From an uncultured Candidatus Peribacteria bacterium (GTDB taxonomy: Bacteria; Patescibacteriota; Gracilibacteria; UBA4473): a stretch of 51,154 nt of DNA. Below the pieces are notes generated by a model that saw only the letters and a list, made by a program, of their open reading frames with translations, made no database searches and had not been told where the DNA came from. Positions within the stretch are counted from its first letter, which is position 1; the number at the start of each line of letters is the position of its first letter. Positions 36,076 to 44,378 of this stretch are shown here, piece by piece. Where the stretch lies: NCBI GenBank assembly GCA_964513975.1, contig CAZEON010000002.1, positions 1 to 51,154 on the forward strand, given 5' to 3'. The position numbers and the translations under genes were made by a program.

Positions 36076-36506
36076 AAAAAATCTGGCATGACCAACTCGG
36101 TCAGGCTTTGGGGGAAACAGCACTTCTTCTCCCCCTTCTTTTTCTTATTGTTTTTGGGTTTTTACAATTGGGACTCGCTATTGCGGACAAACAAAAGCTT
36201 TTATATGTGACCAATTACGCTGTACAAGTCGGGTCTCTTTCTAATAATGATTTAAAAATTAGTGGTGCGATTGAAGAATTTTATGATGGAAATGACATCA
36301 CATTTCAAATTGAAAGTCGTGATGGAGAAACTGGAAACGTTATTCTCAATACCAATCGAAAATACAAAGATATCCTGACAGTCTCCATGCAAAAGCCGTT
36401 TTTTCTCACGATCCCATTTTTGGATGTGGCGGTAAATGATAATCAAACGACGAGCTCTGCGAAAATATTGTGTACAAATCTCACTCCTCCCTACACATGC
36501 GAATAG
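36072..36506 (+). CDS. TadE-like pseudopilin
   Basis: N-terminus GQALGETALLLPLLFLIVFGFLQLGLAI matches the TadE/TadG N-terminal pattern. Its start overlaps the upstream stop. Confidence 0.7.
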   Translation: MKKIWHDQLGQALGETALLLPLLFLIVFGFLQLGLAIADKQKLLYVTNYAVQVGSLSNNDLKISGAIEEFYDGNDITFQIESRDGETGNVILNTNRKYKDILTVSMQKPFFLTIPFLDVAVNDNQTTSSAKILCTNLTPPYTCE

Positions 36507-37045
36507 TGCGAAATGAAGATGGATTCGTACTCCCGTTTGTAGCCATTCTTTTGATGGTTCTCTTTCTTGTGGGCGCGATTATTCTTGATGTTGGCAGTTT
36601 TTATCTCCGTCATGGAGAACTTCAACCATTGGCGAAACAAAGTGCAAATGCGGGGATTCTGAAATTTGTAGACGCAATGGAAGTAAAGGCGGAGCAAAAT
36701 AAATCAGCACTGTGCGGAATCGAAGAACCACCCCCAATCTGCAACTCTGAAGATATGTTTGATTTTCTTACGAGCAGAGAAGTTGTTGATTTGGTCAGTT
36801 CTCCAACTGTTCAAGAGAATGTTTCTGATGCCAGTATTGCATTTTTAATCGCGTACGATCCCCAGTTAATTGTTGCCAATGACAATATACTTGTTACCTT
36901 TCCCTACGAATACGAAGGGGTTTCCGAACTTCAAATGCAAGTGATGGTACATGATGTTCCCCAACGATTCCTCAGTGGAATTTTCCCTATCACCGATGAT
37001 GAAATTCAGGTACATGCCATTTCCTATATCGCGACTCCATTTTAA
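36497..37045 (+). CDS. TadG/Tad-domain pilus assembly protein-like
   Basis: The start is set at MRIVRNEDG. GFVLPFVAILLMVLFLVGAIILDVGSFY matches the putative Flp pilus-assembly TadG-like N-terminus. It overlaps the TadE stop. Confidence 0.6.
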   Translation: MRIVRNEDGFVLPFVAILLMVLFLVGAIILDVGSFYLRHGELQPLAKQSANAGILKFVDAMEVKAEQNKSALCGIEEPPPICNSEDMFDFLTSREVVDLVSSPTVQENVSDASIAFLIAYDPQLIVANDNILVTFPYEYEGVSELQMQVMVHDVPQRFLSGIFPITDDEIQVHAISYIATPF

Positions 37046-37180
37046 AAAAGTGAAAAAGAAATGAAATTGCTTCATTGTCGTTCTTCAAAGAGCCTTTATT
37101 ATAAAATCGCTCTTCTTTTTTGATAAAAAAACATTGCTTTTGTAGCCCATTTGTGCTACAGTTTTATCAGGATAAAAATA

Positions 37181-37420
37181 ATGACTACAAAAACCTCAAC
37201 CGTTCGCGCACGAATTGCACCAGATTTGAAAGAATCTGCAGAATTGGTTTTGGAAAAATTGGGACTCAATAATTCCCAAGCCATTAATATTTTTTATTCT
37301 CAAATAGTTCTCCACAAAGGACTTCCCTTTCCTCTCTCTCTGGAGCAATGTGACACACCTGAGAACTACACAAGGATCAAAGATGAAGCGCATTTTAAAT
37401 CGCTCATTGGATTGGAATAA
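37181..37420 (+). CDS. RelB/DinJ-family antitoxin (orphan)
   Basis: The sequence MTTKTSTVRARIAPDLKESAELVLEKLGLNNSQAINIFYSQIVLHKGLPF is a typical DinJ ribbon-helix-helix N-terminal domain. No toxin ORF lies adjacent. Confidence 0.75.
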   Translation: MTTKTSTVRARIAPDLKESAELVLEKLGLNNSQAINIFYSQIVLHKGLPFPLSLEQCDTPENYTRIKDEAHFKSLIGLE

Positions 37421-37520
37421 GAATCATTCTTTCTTTGCGGTTGATAATGGATCCCAAAACAAGTTTGGGATGACTTTTATTATTCATTCTTAATTCTTCA
37501 TTATTCATTGATTTCACCCC

Positions 37521-37549
37521 TTGCTTTTTCAATCTATTTGTGGTATACT
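37521..37549 (+). promoter_or_regulatory. sigma70-like promoter: -35 TTGCTT, 17-bp spacer, extended -10 TGgTATACT
   Basis: Read directly from the sequence, 25 nt upstream of the 37574 ATG. An AGGAG lies at 37551-37555. Confidence 0.4.
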
Positions 37550-37573
37550 TAGGAGAAGGGTTAACTTTTTCTT

Positions 37574-38227
37574 ATGAAAACAATTCTAAAAACCATTACC
37601 AACATTCTTTCTGCACATAAGAAAGAACTTATCTTTTGGGGGACAAACACCCTCGTTATTCTTGCTGTTGCAAGCACTGCACTCTTTCTCTCGTCTCAGG
37701 TATTGCCTGACTATGGAGAAGAATATGTGTTTCATTCTTCTGCTCCACGAATTGAAGTCGGCGAAGCTTTGCCAACCGCACCCGTGCATTCTCCAGCGCA
37801 ATATGTTGGAAAAGCAAATGATGCACTTGGAACGGTAAAAGCCTATTTCTCTGCATACAATAAACAGGATTTTGAAAACGCTTGTCGTTTACTTGATCCA
37901 GCAAAATGTAATCCTGAAAGTCCGTATGCTGTGAGTCGTATCTCTGACGAATACAACAAGATGTCGAACGGATATGAAAACTGGAACTTCTGGATCCCTG
38001 AAGAAATAGATGAATTCCACAGTGATGTTGTGTGTGTGAAATATTCATACCACTATAACGATGACCGAAAGGATAAACGAGTGCATGAACGACTCAGTTT
38101 CTACGTACGAAGAGATGAAAATGGAAATGACCGAATTTACAGTCGAGTTTGTGAAAAGAAATTTGCACAAGATTCTGGGGACATGCCTTGTCCAATTCTT
38201 TCGAAAAGAGATTTTTGTTTGAATTAA
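37574..38227 (+). CDS. hypothetical membrane-anchored/secreted protein
   Basis: 217 aa with an N-terminal TM anchor. The NTF2-like stretch (KAYFSAYNKQDFENACRLLDP) is only suggestive. Confidence 0.5.
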   Translation: MKTILKTITNILSAHKKELIFWGTNTLVILAVASTALFLSSQVLPDYGEEYVFHSSAPRIEVGEALPTAPVHSPAQYVGKANDALGTVKAYFSAYNKQDFENACRLLDPAKCNPESPYAVSRISDEYNKMSNGYENWNFWIPEEIDEFHSDVVCVKYSYHYNDDRKDKRVHERLSFYVRRDENGNDRIYSRVCEKKFAQDSGDMPCPILSKRDFCLN

Positions 38228-38967
38228 TTTTTTTGAAAAACAAACAAATGTTCGTGCATAATCAACAAAAAATTAAAATCCTTTGAGCGCTGTGCCCAAA
38301 ACCCCGTCGCTTTGCAATTGTGTTGTTGTTTGATGATGTCTTCTTTCAGTTCAAATCCCACTTTCAAAAAGCGTTCCATCGTTTTGAATGCTAAAGGTTG
38401 ATACATCTTTTTTCGTCGAGTATCCCCCATTAAAATTGCACAACATTTTCCTTTTTTAAGAACTCGAAACATTTCTTGGGCGACAATTTCAATTTCATCA
38501 CAAAATGCATCAATATCGTGAATTTCTGATAAATCTTCTTTTATTTTTCCCTCACTATATTTGATGATATCGACATAAGGCGGATGAGTAAGTACCAAAT
38601 CAATACTTTCATCTTTTATAAACTTCAAATCCCGTGCATCAGCTTTTTTGATGACAGAAGACGCTTCATTCTCTACTTCAAATTCAAGGCTTTTCTTTGT
38701 ACGTTCTATTGCCTTTGGATTCACGTCTGTTCCGACGAAGTTTCTGTTCAAAAGTTTTGCCTCAATTGCTGTCGTTCCTCCTCCAACCATACAATCCAAA
38801 ACCAAATCACCTTCCTGTGAATATCGCACCATAAGATTTCTTGCAATCTCTGGAGCCCAGTTCCCTCTCCAGTCAGATTTATGCGTTGCCCAGTTTCCAC
38901 GACGAGGAAAAGACCAAACCGTCGTGCATTCTTGTTCAAAGTTTTCTGGATTGAGGTTCTTCATCAC
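38224..38967 (-). CDS. SAM-dependent DNA methyltransferase (N6A/N4C type; motif I then motif IV)
   Basis: Motif I is LVLDCMVGGGTT and motif IV is LVLTHPPY. Its start overlaps the stop of the upstream small nuclease-like ORF by 4 bp. Confidence 0.75.
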   Translation of the reverse strand: MMKNLNPENFEQECTTVWSFPRRGNWATHKSDWRGNWAPEIARNLMVRYSQEGDLVLDCMVGGGTTAIEAKLLNRNFVGTDVNPKAIERTKKSLEFEVENEASSVIKKADARDLKFIKDESIDLVLTHPPYVDIIKYSEGKIKEDLSEIHDIDAFCDEIEIVAQEMFRVLKKGKCCAILMGDTRRKKMYQPLAFKTMERFLKVGFELKEDIIKQQHNCKATGFWAQRSKDFNFLLIMHEHLFVFQKN

Positions 38968-39503
38968 TTCTTAGGGACTGGTAAGCCTATTTTATACAAA
39001 GGAAGATATTCAAAATAATAATGACAATTCACACTGATAATATAATCAAGAGAATCTTTATATCCAGAATTCCTAAACCAGCCACTCAAAACATAAATAT
39101 ACTCCACTTCTAAATTTAAAGGCGAAAATAACTTTTTGTATTGTTTTAATTTAAAATCACAGGTTTGCAATTTCTCATCTACAGACCCTCCAACCTGTTG
39201 ATATTTTACTTCAATGATATAAAGCGTGTTTTCTTTGATTACGTAAATTGCATCATCTGGAAGTAATTTTTTAGAAAGGAATTGTCTATAATCAATATCC
39301 TTACTTTTTAAATATTTATAAAGTTCATGTTTGCGAAAAGATTGAGCCACTAATTTCCCTTCATAAAAAATATCATGTCCTATTTCCACTTTTTCAACAG
39401 TATATCCATCAACCTTGGTATCAAGATAAACTAATAAATCTGTTTTTTCCTCAAATCTAATTCCTGTTTGAGTATTGCCGCCACCGATACCTCCTAATTT
39501 CAT
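38964..39503 (-). CDS. putative PD-(D/E)xK restriction endonuclease (179 aa)
   Basis: The D...E-V-K arrangement (PDDAIYVIKENTLYIIEVKYQ) is present, and the ORF is sandwiched between two methyltransferase genes in one operon. No named family was recognised. Confidence 0.5.
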   Translation of the reverse strand: MKLGGIGGGNTQTGIRFEEKTDLLVYLDTKVDGYTVEKVEIGHDIFYEGKLVAQSFRKHELYKYLKSKDIDYRQFLSKKLLPDDAIYVIKENTLYIIEVKYQQVGGSVDEKLQTCDFKLKQYKKLFSPLNLEVEYIYVLSGWFRNSGYKDSLDYIISVNCHYYFEYLPLYKIGLPVPKK

Positions 39504-39528
39504 TTTTTAATATTTAAAAATTGTTTTT

Positions 39529-40497
39529 CTAGTAATTAGCAACCACCACCTCCAACACCTTTCCCCGTTTAGAAGCATTTGAATTAATCATCCTCCCCGC
39601 CGAAACTGTGTAGATTTTTATTTCTTTTCCAAGCTCAGAATAAATTTCTCGAATAAACGGAGTATCTGAATTTGAAAGCATTACGAAACATCCTTTTTTG
39701 TGGAGTGCATTAAATAAATCCCGAAGTTCTGTTTGTTCCTTTTTAAGAAACCCCTCCGCTGTATAACTAGTGAAATTAGATGTTCTATTTACCGGATAAT
39801 AAGGCGGATCGAAATAAATAAAATCCCCAGCTTTCGCATCCTCAAGAACTTTTTTGTAATCACGATGAGCGATATCAACTGTCTGCAATAATTGACTTAC
39901 ATTTCGTAAATTTTCCTCATCACAAATTTTTGGATTGGTATATTTTCCAAAGGGAACATTAAATCCTCCGCTTTTATTTACTCGATACATTCCGTTGAAA
40001 CAGGTTCTGTTGAGATAAATAAATCGTGCTGCCACATGAAGTGGCATTAATTTCAAAGGATTTCGAGCACGAATTTTCAAGAAGAATTCTTTTTCGTATG
40101 GGTATGTTTTCAATTCCGTCATCAATCCTTCTACATCATCTCGAATAACTTGATAGGCTGTGATTAATTCTTGATTCCAATCAGAAATAAAAGCCTTTTC
40201 CGGTTGGAGATCAAAAAATACAGCCCCTCCTCCCACAAAAGGTTCAAAATAGGTACTAACTGTCGGATCAAAGTCCTTCGGATAAAAGTCTCGGAATTGT
40301 TTTAATAATTGGCGCTTTCCTCCAACCCATTTCACAAACGGTTTTGTGTTCGGAGCAAAATGATTAGCAAGAAAGTCCTGGAATCCAAGAGGTGTTATTT
40401 TTTCATCTACAAAACCTTTTCCAATCCAACCCCTTGTTTTTACTGGATTAATCGCATAATGATTTGAAGCCAATGAAACTGTGCAAGTTGGTACCAT
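39529..40497 (-). CDS. Dam-family (D12 class) N6-adenine DNA methyltransferase
   Basis: Motifs KWVGGKRQLL, FEPFVGGGAVFF and IYFDPPY. The start is moved to MVPTC (ATG at 40497), because the track start would leave only 6 bp to the divergent ZIP gene. An N-terminal extension of about 50 aa remains. Confidence 0.8.
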   Translation of the reverse strand: MVPTCTVSLASNHYAINPVKTRGWIGKGFVDEKITPLGFQDFLANHFAPNTKPFVKWVGGKRQLLKQFRDFYPKDFDPTVSTYFEPFVGGGAVFFDLQPEKAFISDWNQELITAYQVIRDDVEGLMTELKTYPYEKEFFLKIRARNPLKLMPLHVAARFIYLNRTCFNGMYRVNKSGGFNVPFGKYTNPKICDEENLRNVSQLLQTVDIAHRDYKKVLEDAKAGDFIYFDPPYYPVNRTSNFTSYTAEGFLKKEQTELRDLFNALHKKGCFVMLSNSDTPFIREIYSELGKEIKIYTVSAGRMINSNASKRGKVLEVVVANY

Positions 40498-40599
40498 GTA
40501 TGCAAAATTATAGAGAATGATTGTACGAACTCCAAATAAGAAATTTAGGATTAATTCACATCTTGCCCCTCCACAAAAACCTACTACAATCATCGCACA

Positions 40600-41349
40600 A
40601 TGACACTCACCTATATTTTGCTGTTTACGTTTTTGGGAAGTATCGGATCAGTTCTGATCGCTTCTCTCTTTCTATTATTTAAAGGAAACACACAAAAAAA
40701 ACTCGTACCAATCCTTATAACTTTCGCAACAGGAACATTATTAGGAGGTGCTTTTTTGGGGCTTATTCCAAAAAGTTTGGAACTTTTATCTCCTGAAAAA
40801 ATACTTCCGACTGTGCTCGGGGGGATATTATTTTTCTTTTTCCTTGAGAAACTTGTCCGTGTGCACCGTTGTCATAATGTGGAATGCCCCTCACATGACG
40901 ATAGTCTTGGTAAAATGATTTTTGTCGGAGATGCACTTCATAATTTTATTGACGGAGTAATAATTGCAGGAGCTTTCTTGGTATCAATACCAACTGGAAT
41001 TATGGTGGCATTGGCCGTCATCCTTCATGAGATTCCTCAAGAAATTGGTGATTTTGGTATTTTTCTCCACAGTGGATATTCCAAACGAAAAGCCTTTATT
41101 CTCAACCTCCTTTCAAGTGCAACTGCTTTTGTAGGAGCTGGACTAGGATATGCATTCCTCCAATCAACAATGGAACTTGTACCATATGTAATGGCCTTCT
41201 CTGCGGCGAGTTTTATTTATATTGCACTGGCAGATCTCTCTCCTGAACTCCATAAACAAACAAAGCTCTCTCATTCTTTCCAACAAATTTTTATTTTGAT
41301 TTTAGGAGTTGGCGTCATCGCATTGGTGGGACATCTGCACGGACACTAG
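40600..41349 (+). CDS. ZIP family metal (Zn/Fe) transporter
   Basis: Carries the HEIPQEIGDFGIF signature and a His-rich loop (HRCHNVECPSHDD). It is polytopic. Confidence 0.85.
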   Translation: MTLTYILLFTFLGSIGSVLIASLFLLFKGNTQKKLVPILITFATGTLLGGAFLGLIPKSLELLSPEKILPTVLGGILFFFFLEKLVRVHRCHNVECPSHDDSLGKMIFVGDALHNFIDGVIIAGAFLVSIPTGIMVALAVILHEIPQEIGDFGIFLHSGYSKRKAFILNLLSSATAFVGAGLGYAFLQSTMELVPYVMAFSAASFIYIALADLSPELHKQTKLSHSFQQIFILILGVGVIALVGHLHGH

Positions 41350-41400
41350 TTTTTTTGAGAAAAGTTGGTATCGTCAGGCTTCCATGAGATAATATTTTTG

Positions 41401-42687
41401 ATGTATGAACGATTTATTTTTGAAGACTACGACTTCTCCCCTGAAGAAAAAAAACTGACCCTCAATTATTCCCTCGACGAGAAAGTGAATTTTTCGGAAA
41501 CAGTTGTCTTTGATTTTGATTTCACTGATTACAACCCGAACGCACTTGATAAAGCCCTCTTTGGAATATTCGTGATGTGTGGAATTTCGTATTTCAAAGC
41601 GTATCTCCCTGAGAAAATTGAATTTAAAAATGGCGGACTCACCGATAGTCAGAAACTCTTTTTTGAAAAAATTTATACCTACGGACTGGGGGAATTCTTT
41701 TACAGAAATGAAATCGATCCGAATGGAAAAATAAATTTTGAATTCGATGAAGAAGCAGAAAGTAGACCTATTTCGCTCCCTAATGTTTCTGGTTCCCTTG
41801 TTCCTATTGGAGGGGGGAAAGACTCGATTACGACTGCTGAAATTTTGAAGAAAAATAACGAAGATTTTGAAACATGGACGGTTGGTGATTACCCATTTTT
41901 TGCTCCGATGCTTGAGAAAATCGGAAAAGAACATCTAAAAGTCCGACGAACCATCGATCCGAAATTATTTGAGCTCAATAACGATGGAGCGCTGAATGGT
42001 CACGTTCCCATCTCTGCCATCTTGGCGTTTTTAGGAGTAGCGAGCGCAATTTTACGTGGAAAAAAGAACGTAATTCTTTCGAATGAAAATTCTGCAAATG
42101 AACCGACGTTGGAATTTAATGGAGTATCGGTAAATCATCAGTATTCCAAAAGTTTGGAATTTGAAGCGGATTTTCAGAGCTATGTGCACACACATATTTC
42201 CTCTGATGTGAATTATTTTTCTTTTCTTCGTCCGTTGTCGGAAATCAATATTGCGGAACTGTTTTGCAAAAACTTTTTGGAAAAATATGAGAAAGATTTC
42301 TCAAGTTGTAATACAAATTTCCGTATCACCGATGGAGTAAACCAATGGCGTTGGTGCAAAAAATGCCCAAAATGTACTTTTGTATTTATTCTCTTCGCTC
42401 CCTTTGTAGAACGAGAGAAACTCATTGAGATATTCGGAGGCAACCTCTTTGCTGATGAATCACTCTACCCAACGTTTTCTGAACTCCTCGGACAAACCGA
42501 AAGTAAACCTTTTGAATGTGTGGGAGAAATAGAAGAAGTAAAACGGGCATTGCAACTCGCAAAAGAAACCGGACATTGGCCGGAATTAGAAAAATTCACC
42601 ACTGAAATTTCAGATTACAACGAACACGAATGGCATGCAAATCTCATTCCTCAATATTTTGAATATATGCTCAGAGACTTCTCTTGA
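41401..42687 (+). CDS. MurL-like protein (candidate UDP-MurNAc-L-Ala-L-Glu epimerase); otherwise a conserved hypothetical with a PP-loop-like GGGKDS motif
   Basis: About 428 aa from MYERF. It has an SGSLVPIGGGKDS nucleotide-binding-like loop and a CKKCPKC motif. Its stop overlaps the start of a MurD-type ligase (TGATG). The assignment rests mainly on context and size. Confidence 0.4.
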   Translation: MYERFIFEDYDFSPEEKKLTLNYSLDEKVNFSETVVFDFDFTDYNPNALDKALFGIFVMCGISYFKAYLPEKIEFKNGGLTDSQKLFFEKIYTYGLGEFFYRNEIDPNGKINFEFDEEAESRPISLPNVSGSLVPIGGGKDSITTAEILKKNNEDFETWTVGDYPFFAPMLEKIGKEHLKVRRTIDPKLFELNNDGALNGHVPISAILAFLGVASAILRGKKNVILSNENSANEPTLEFNGVSVNHQYSKSLEFEADFQSYVHTHISSDVNYFSFLRPLSEINIAELFCKNFLEKYEKDFSSCNTNFRITDGVNQWRWCKKCPKCTFVFILFAPFVEREKLIEIFGGNLFADESLYPTFSELLGQTESKPFECVGEIEEVKRALQLAKETGHWPELEKFTTEISDYNEHEWHANLIPQYFEYMLRDFS

Positions 42688-43940
42688 TGAAATTTGGAAC
42701 CCTCCAACAAGCAAAAAATATTCTCATCTACGGCTATGGCGTGGAAGGAAAATCAACAGAAAATTTCCTCAAATGTCGTTTCCCCGATAGCTCTATACGT
42801 TTGCGTGATGATGCGTGGGATAAACATCCAGAATTTGAAGATTTTGATGTGATCATCCGCAGTCCAGGGATTCCTCGAGAAAAAATCACTGGGGTGGGAA
42901 TTGAAAAAATAACGAGTCAGACGGAACTCTTCTTTGGAAATTTGACCGAAGAAGAGCGAATAAAAATCATCGGTATTACGGGGACAAAAGGAAAATCAAC
43001 AACAACACAATTTTGCAAAGATCTCCTCACAAATGCAGGAAAAAAGGTGAAGATTGCTGGGAACTTTGGAGTTCCTCCATTGGACTTATTGGATGATCTA
43101 CAAAGAGGAACTGTGGATTTTATTGTGTTTGAAATTTCCAGTTTCCAACTCGAACACCTGCAAGAATCGCCTCACATTGCGATTTTTCTCAATCTCTTCG
43201 GAGATCATTTGGAACGACACGGAACGGTGGAAGAATATTTTCTCGCAAAGTCGAATATCTTTCGGTATCAGGGGAAAGAAGATTTTCTCATTGTTCCTGA
43301 TGTATCTGGGAAATTACTTGAATTCTCTCGAGGAATTGGACGATTTATTCTCTCTAGAGAATTGAGTGAAGAATTGTTTGGTGAAGATTCCGTCTTCCGA
43401 GCGCACCACTTTCTACAAAATCTGGGAACGATGCGCACATTGTGTGATATTTTGAAGATTCCTTTGGAACTGCTGGAAAAAACAGCAAAAGAATTCCAAG
43501 GACTCGAACATCGAATGGAACTTTTTGTGGAAAGAAATGGAATCCGATTCGTAAATGATTCCATTGCGAGTAATCCAACCGCTGCAATGGCTGCCGTGCG
43601 ATTCTTCAAGAATGATCTTGGGAGTATTGTCCTTGGGGGAAGACCGTCGGGGGACTCCTGGAATGAGCTTCTAACGCTTCTTCGTGATGAAACGAGCAGT
43701 ATCATCCTTTTGCCCAATGGGGAGAGCCTGCATGATATTCTGGAGATGGTAGAACATATTGGATTTCCATCTGAACGCATTGTTCAGGCAGAGAGCTTTG
43801 AAGAAATTGTTGCCCTTGCAAAAAAACAGACCCCGCAAGGAAAAGTGTGTCTCCTTTCTCCAGGGGCCAAAAGCTTTGATTGTTTCAAAAACTACCGCGA
43901 AAAAGGCGAGATATTTAAAAAGCTGGTGGACTCTCTATAA
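42687..43940 (+). CDS. murD: UDP-N-acetylmuramoyl-L-alanine--glutamate ligase (MurD family; possibly the L-Glu-adding MurD2 type)
   Basis: N-terminal Rossmann-like region ILIYGYGVEGKS, Mur ligase P-loop IGITGTKGKSTT, and a C-terminal Mur ligase domain. Confidence 0.85.
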   Translation: MKFGTLQQAKNILIYGYGVEGKSTENFLKCRFPDSSIRLRDDAWDKHPEFEDFDVIIRSPGIPREKITGVGIEKITSQTELFFGNLTEEERIKIIGITGTKGKSTTTQFCKDLLTNAGKKVKIAGNFGVPPLDLLDDLQRGTVDFIVFEISSFQLEHLQESPHIAIFLNLFGDHLERHGTVEEYFLAKSNIFRYQGKEDFLIVPDVSGKLLEFSRGIGRFILSRELSEELFGEDSVFRAHHFLQNLGTMRTLCDILKIPLELLEKTAKEFQGLEHRMELFVERNGIRFVNDSIASNPTAAMAAVRFFKNDLGSIVLGGRPSGDSWNELLTLLRDETSSIILLPNGESLHDILEMVEHIGFPSERIVQAESFEEIVALAKKQTPQGKVCLLSPGAKSFDCFKNYREKGEIFKKLVDSL

Positions 43941-44156
43941 CCATCATTGTCGCTGAGAAGTTGTTCTCATCCGAAGAATAGTTGTCTTTGGGGAAGAAGT
44001 ATTGAAAAACTCGTGTGGAGATAATTCGCTTCACTCAATATGAACGAGGTTTATCCATAGGATCCCCGCCACCGTGCTACGCCATAGCTTCGCGACGGCT
44101 AGAGCGAGAATGACGAGATATGACAAAAAATCGGCAATCGAAAATCGAAAATTCCC

Positions 44157-44324
44157 TTAGTCTTCCTTCAGCAACTGAATCTTAATTGGTTCTTCTTGGA
44201 TCACCTCAATTTCCGCTCCACAAAGCACGCATTCCAAAATATCACCTTCAATAATATCTGACGCTTCTACGTCAAAACGTCCTCGGCAATCTGGACAATG
44301 GATATAAATTTCTGTTGTAATCAT
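44157..44324 (-). CDS. LysW-like zinc-ribbon protein (55 aa; not in the ORF track)
   Basis: Hand-translated sequence MITTEIYIHCPDCRGRFDVEASDIIEGDILECVLCGAEIEVIQEEPIKIQLLKED. The CPxC...GE...CxxCGAEIEV pattern is that of LysW/ArgW carrier proteins, but it lacks the EDWGE tail. Confidence 0.45.
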   Translation of the reverse strand: MITTEIYIHCPDCRGRFDVEASDIIEGDILECVLCGAEIEVIQEEPIKIQLLKED

Positions 44325-44378
44325 GGTGGGGCGAGTGGGTTTTCCTCCGAATGCTTTTTACCGATTTCTGGTGAAAAA

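Noticed and set aside
7867-44153. CRISPR array among the short intergenic repeats (GGCAATCGAAAAT words, AATGA words)
   Set aside because: The repeats are 13-35 nt AT-rich words scattered singly or as doublets across 36 kb. There is no regular repeat-spacer periodicity, no unique spacers and no cas genes.
44157-44324. Calling the 55-aa zinc ribbon a functional lysine/arginine biosynthesis carrier (LysW)
   Set aside because: It lacks the C-terminal EDWGE acceptor tail, and no LysX/Y/Z/J/K-type genes are nearby. Only the fold-level resemblance is retained.
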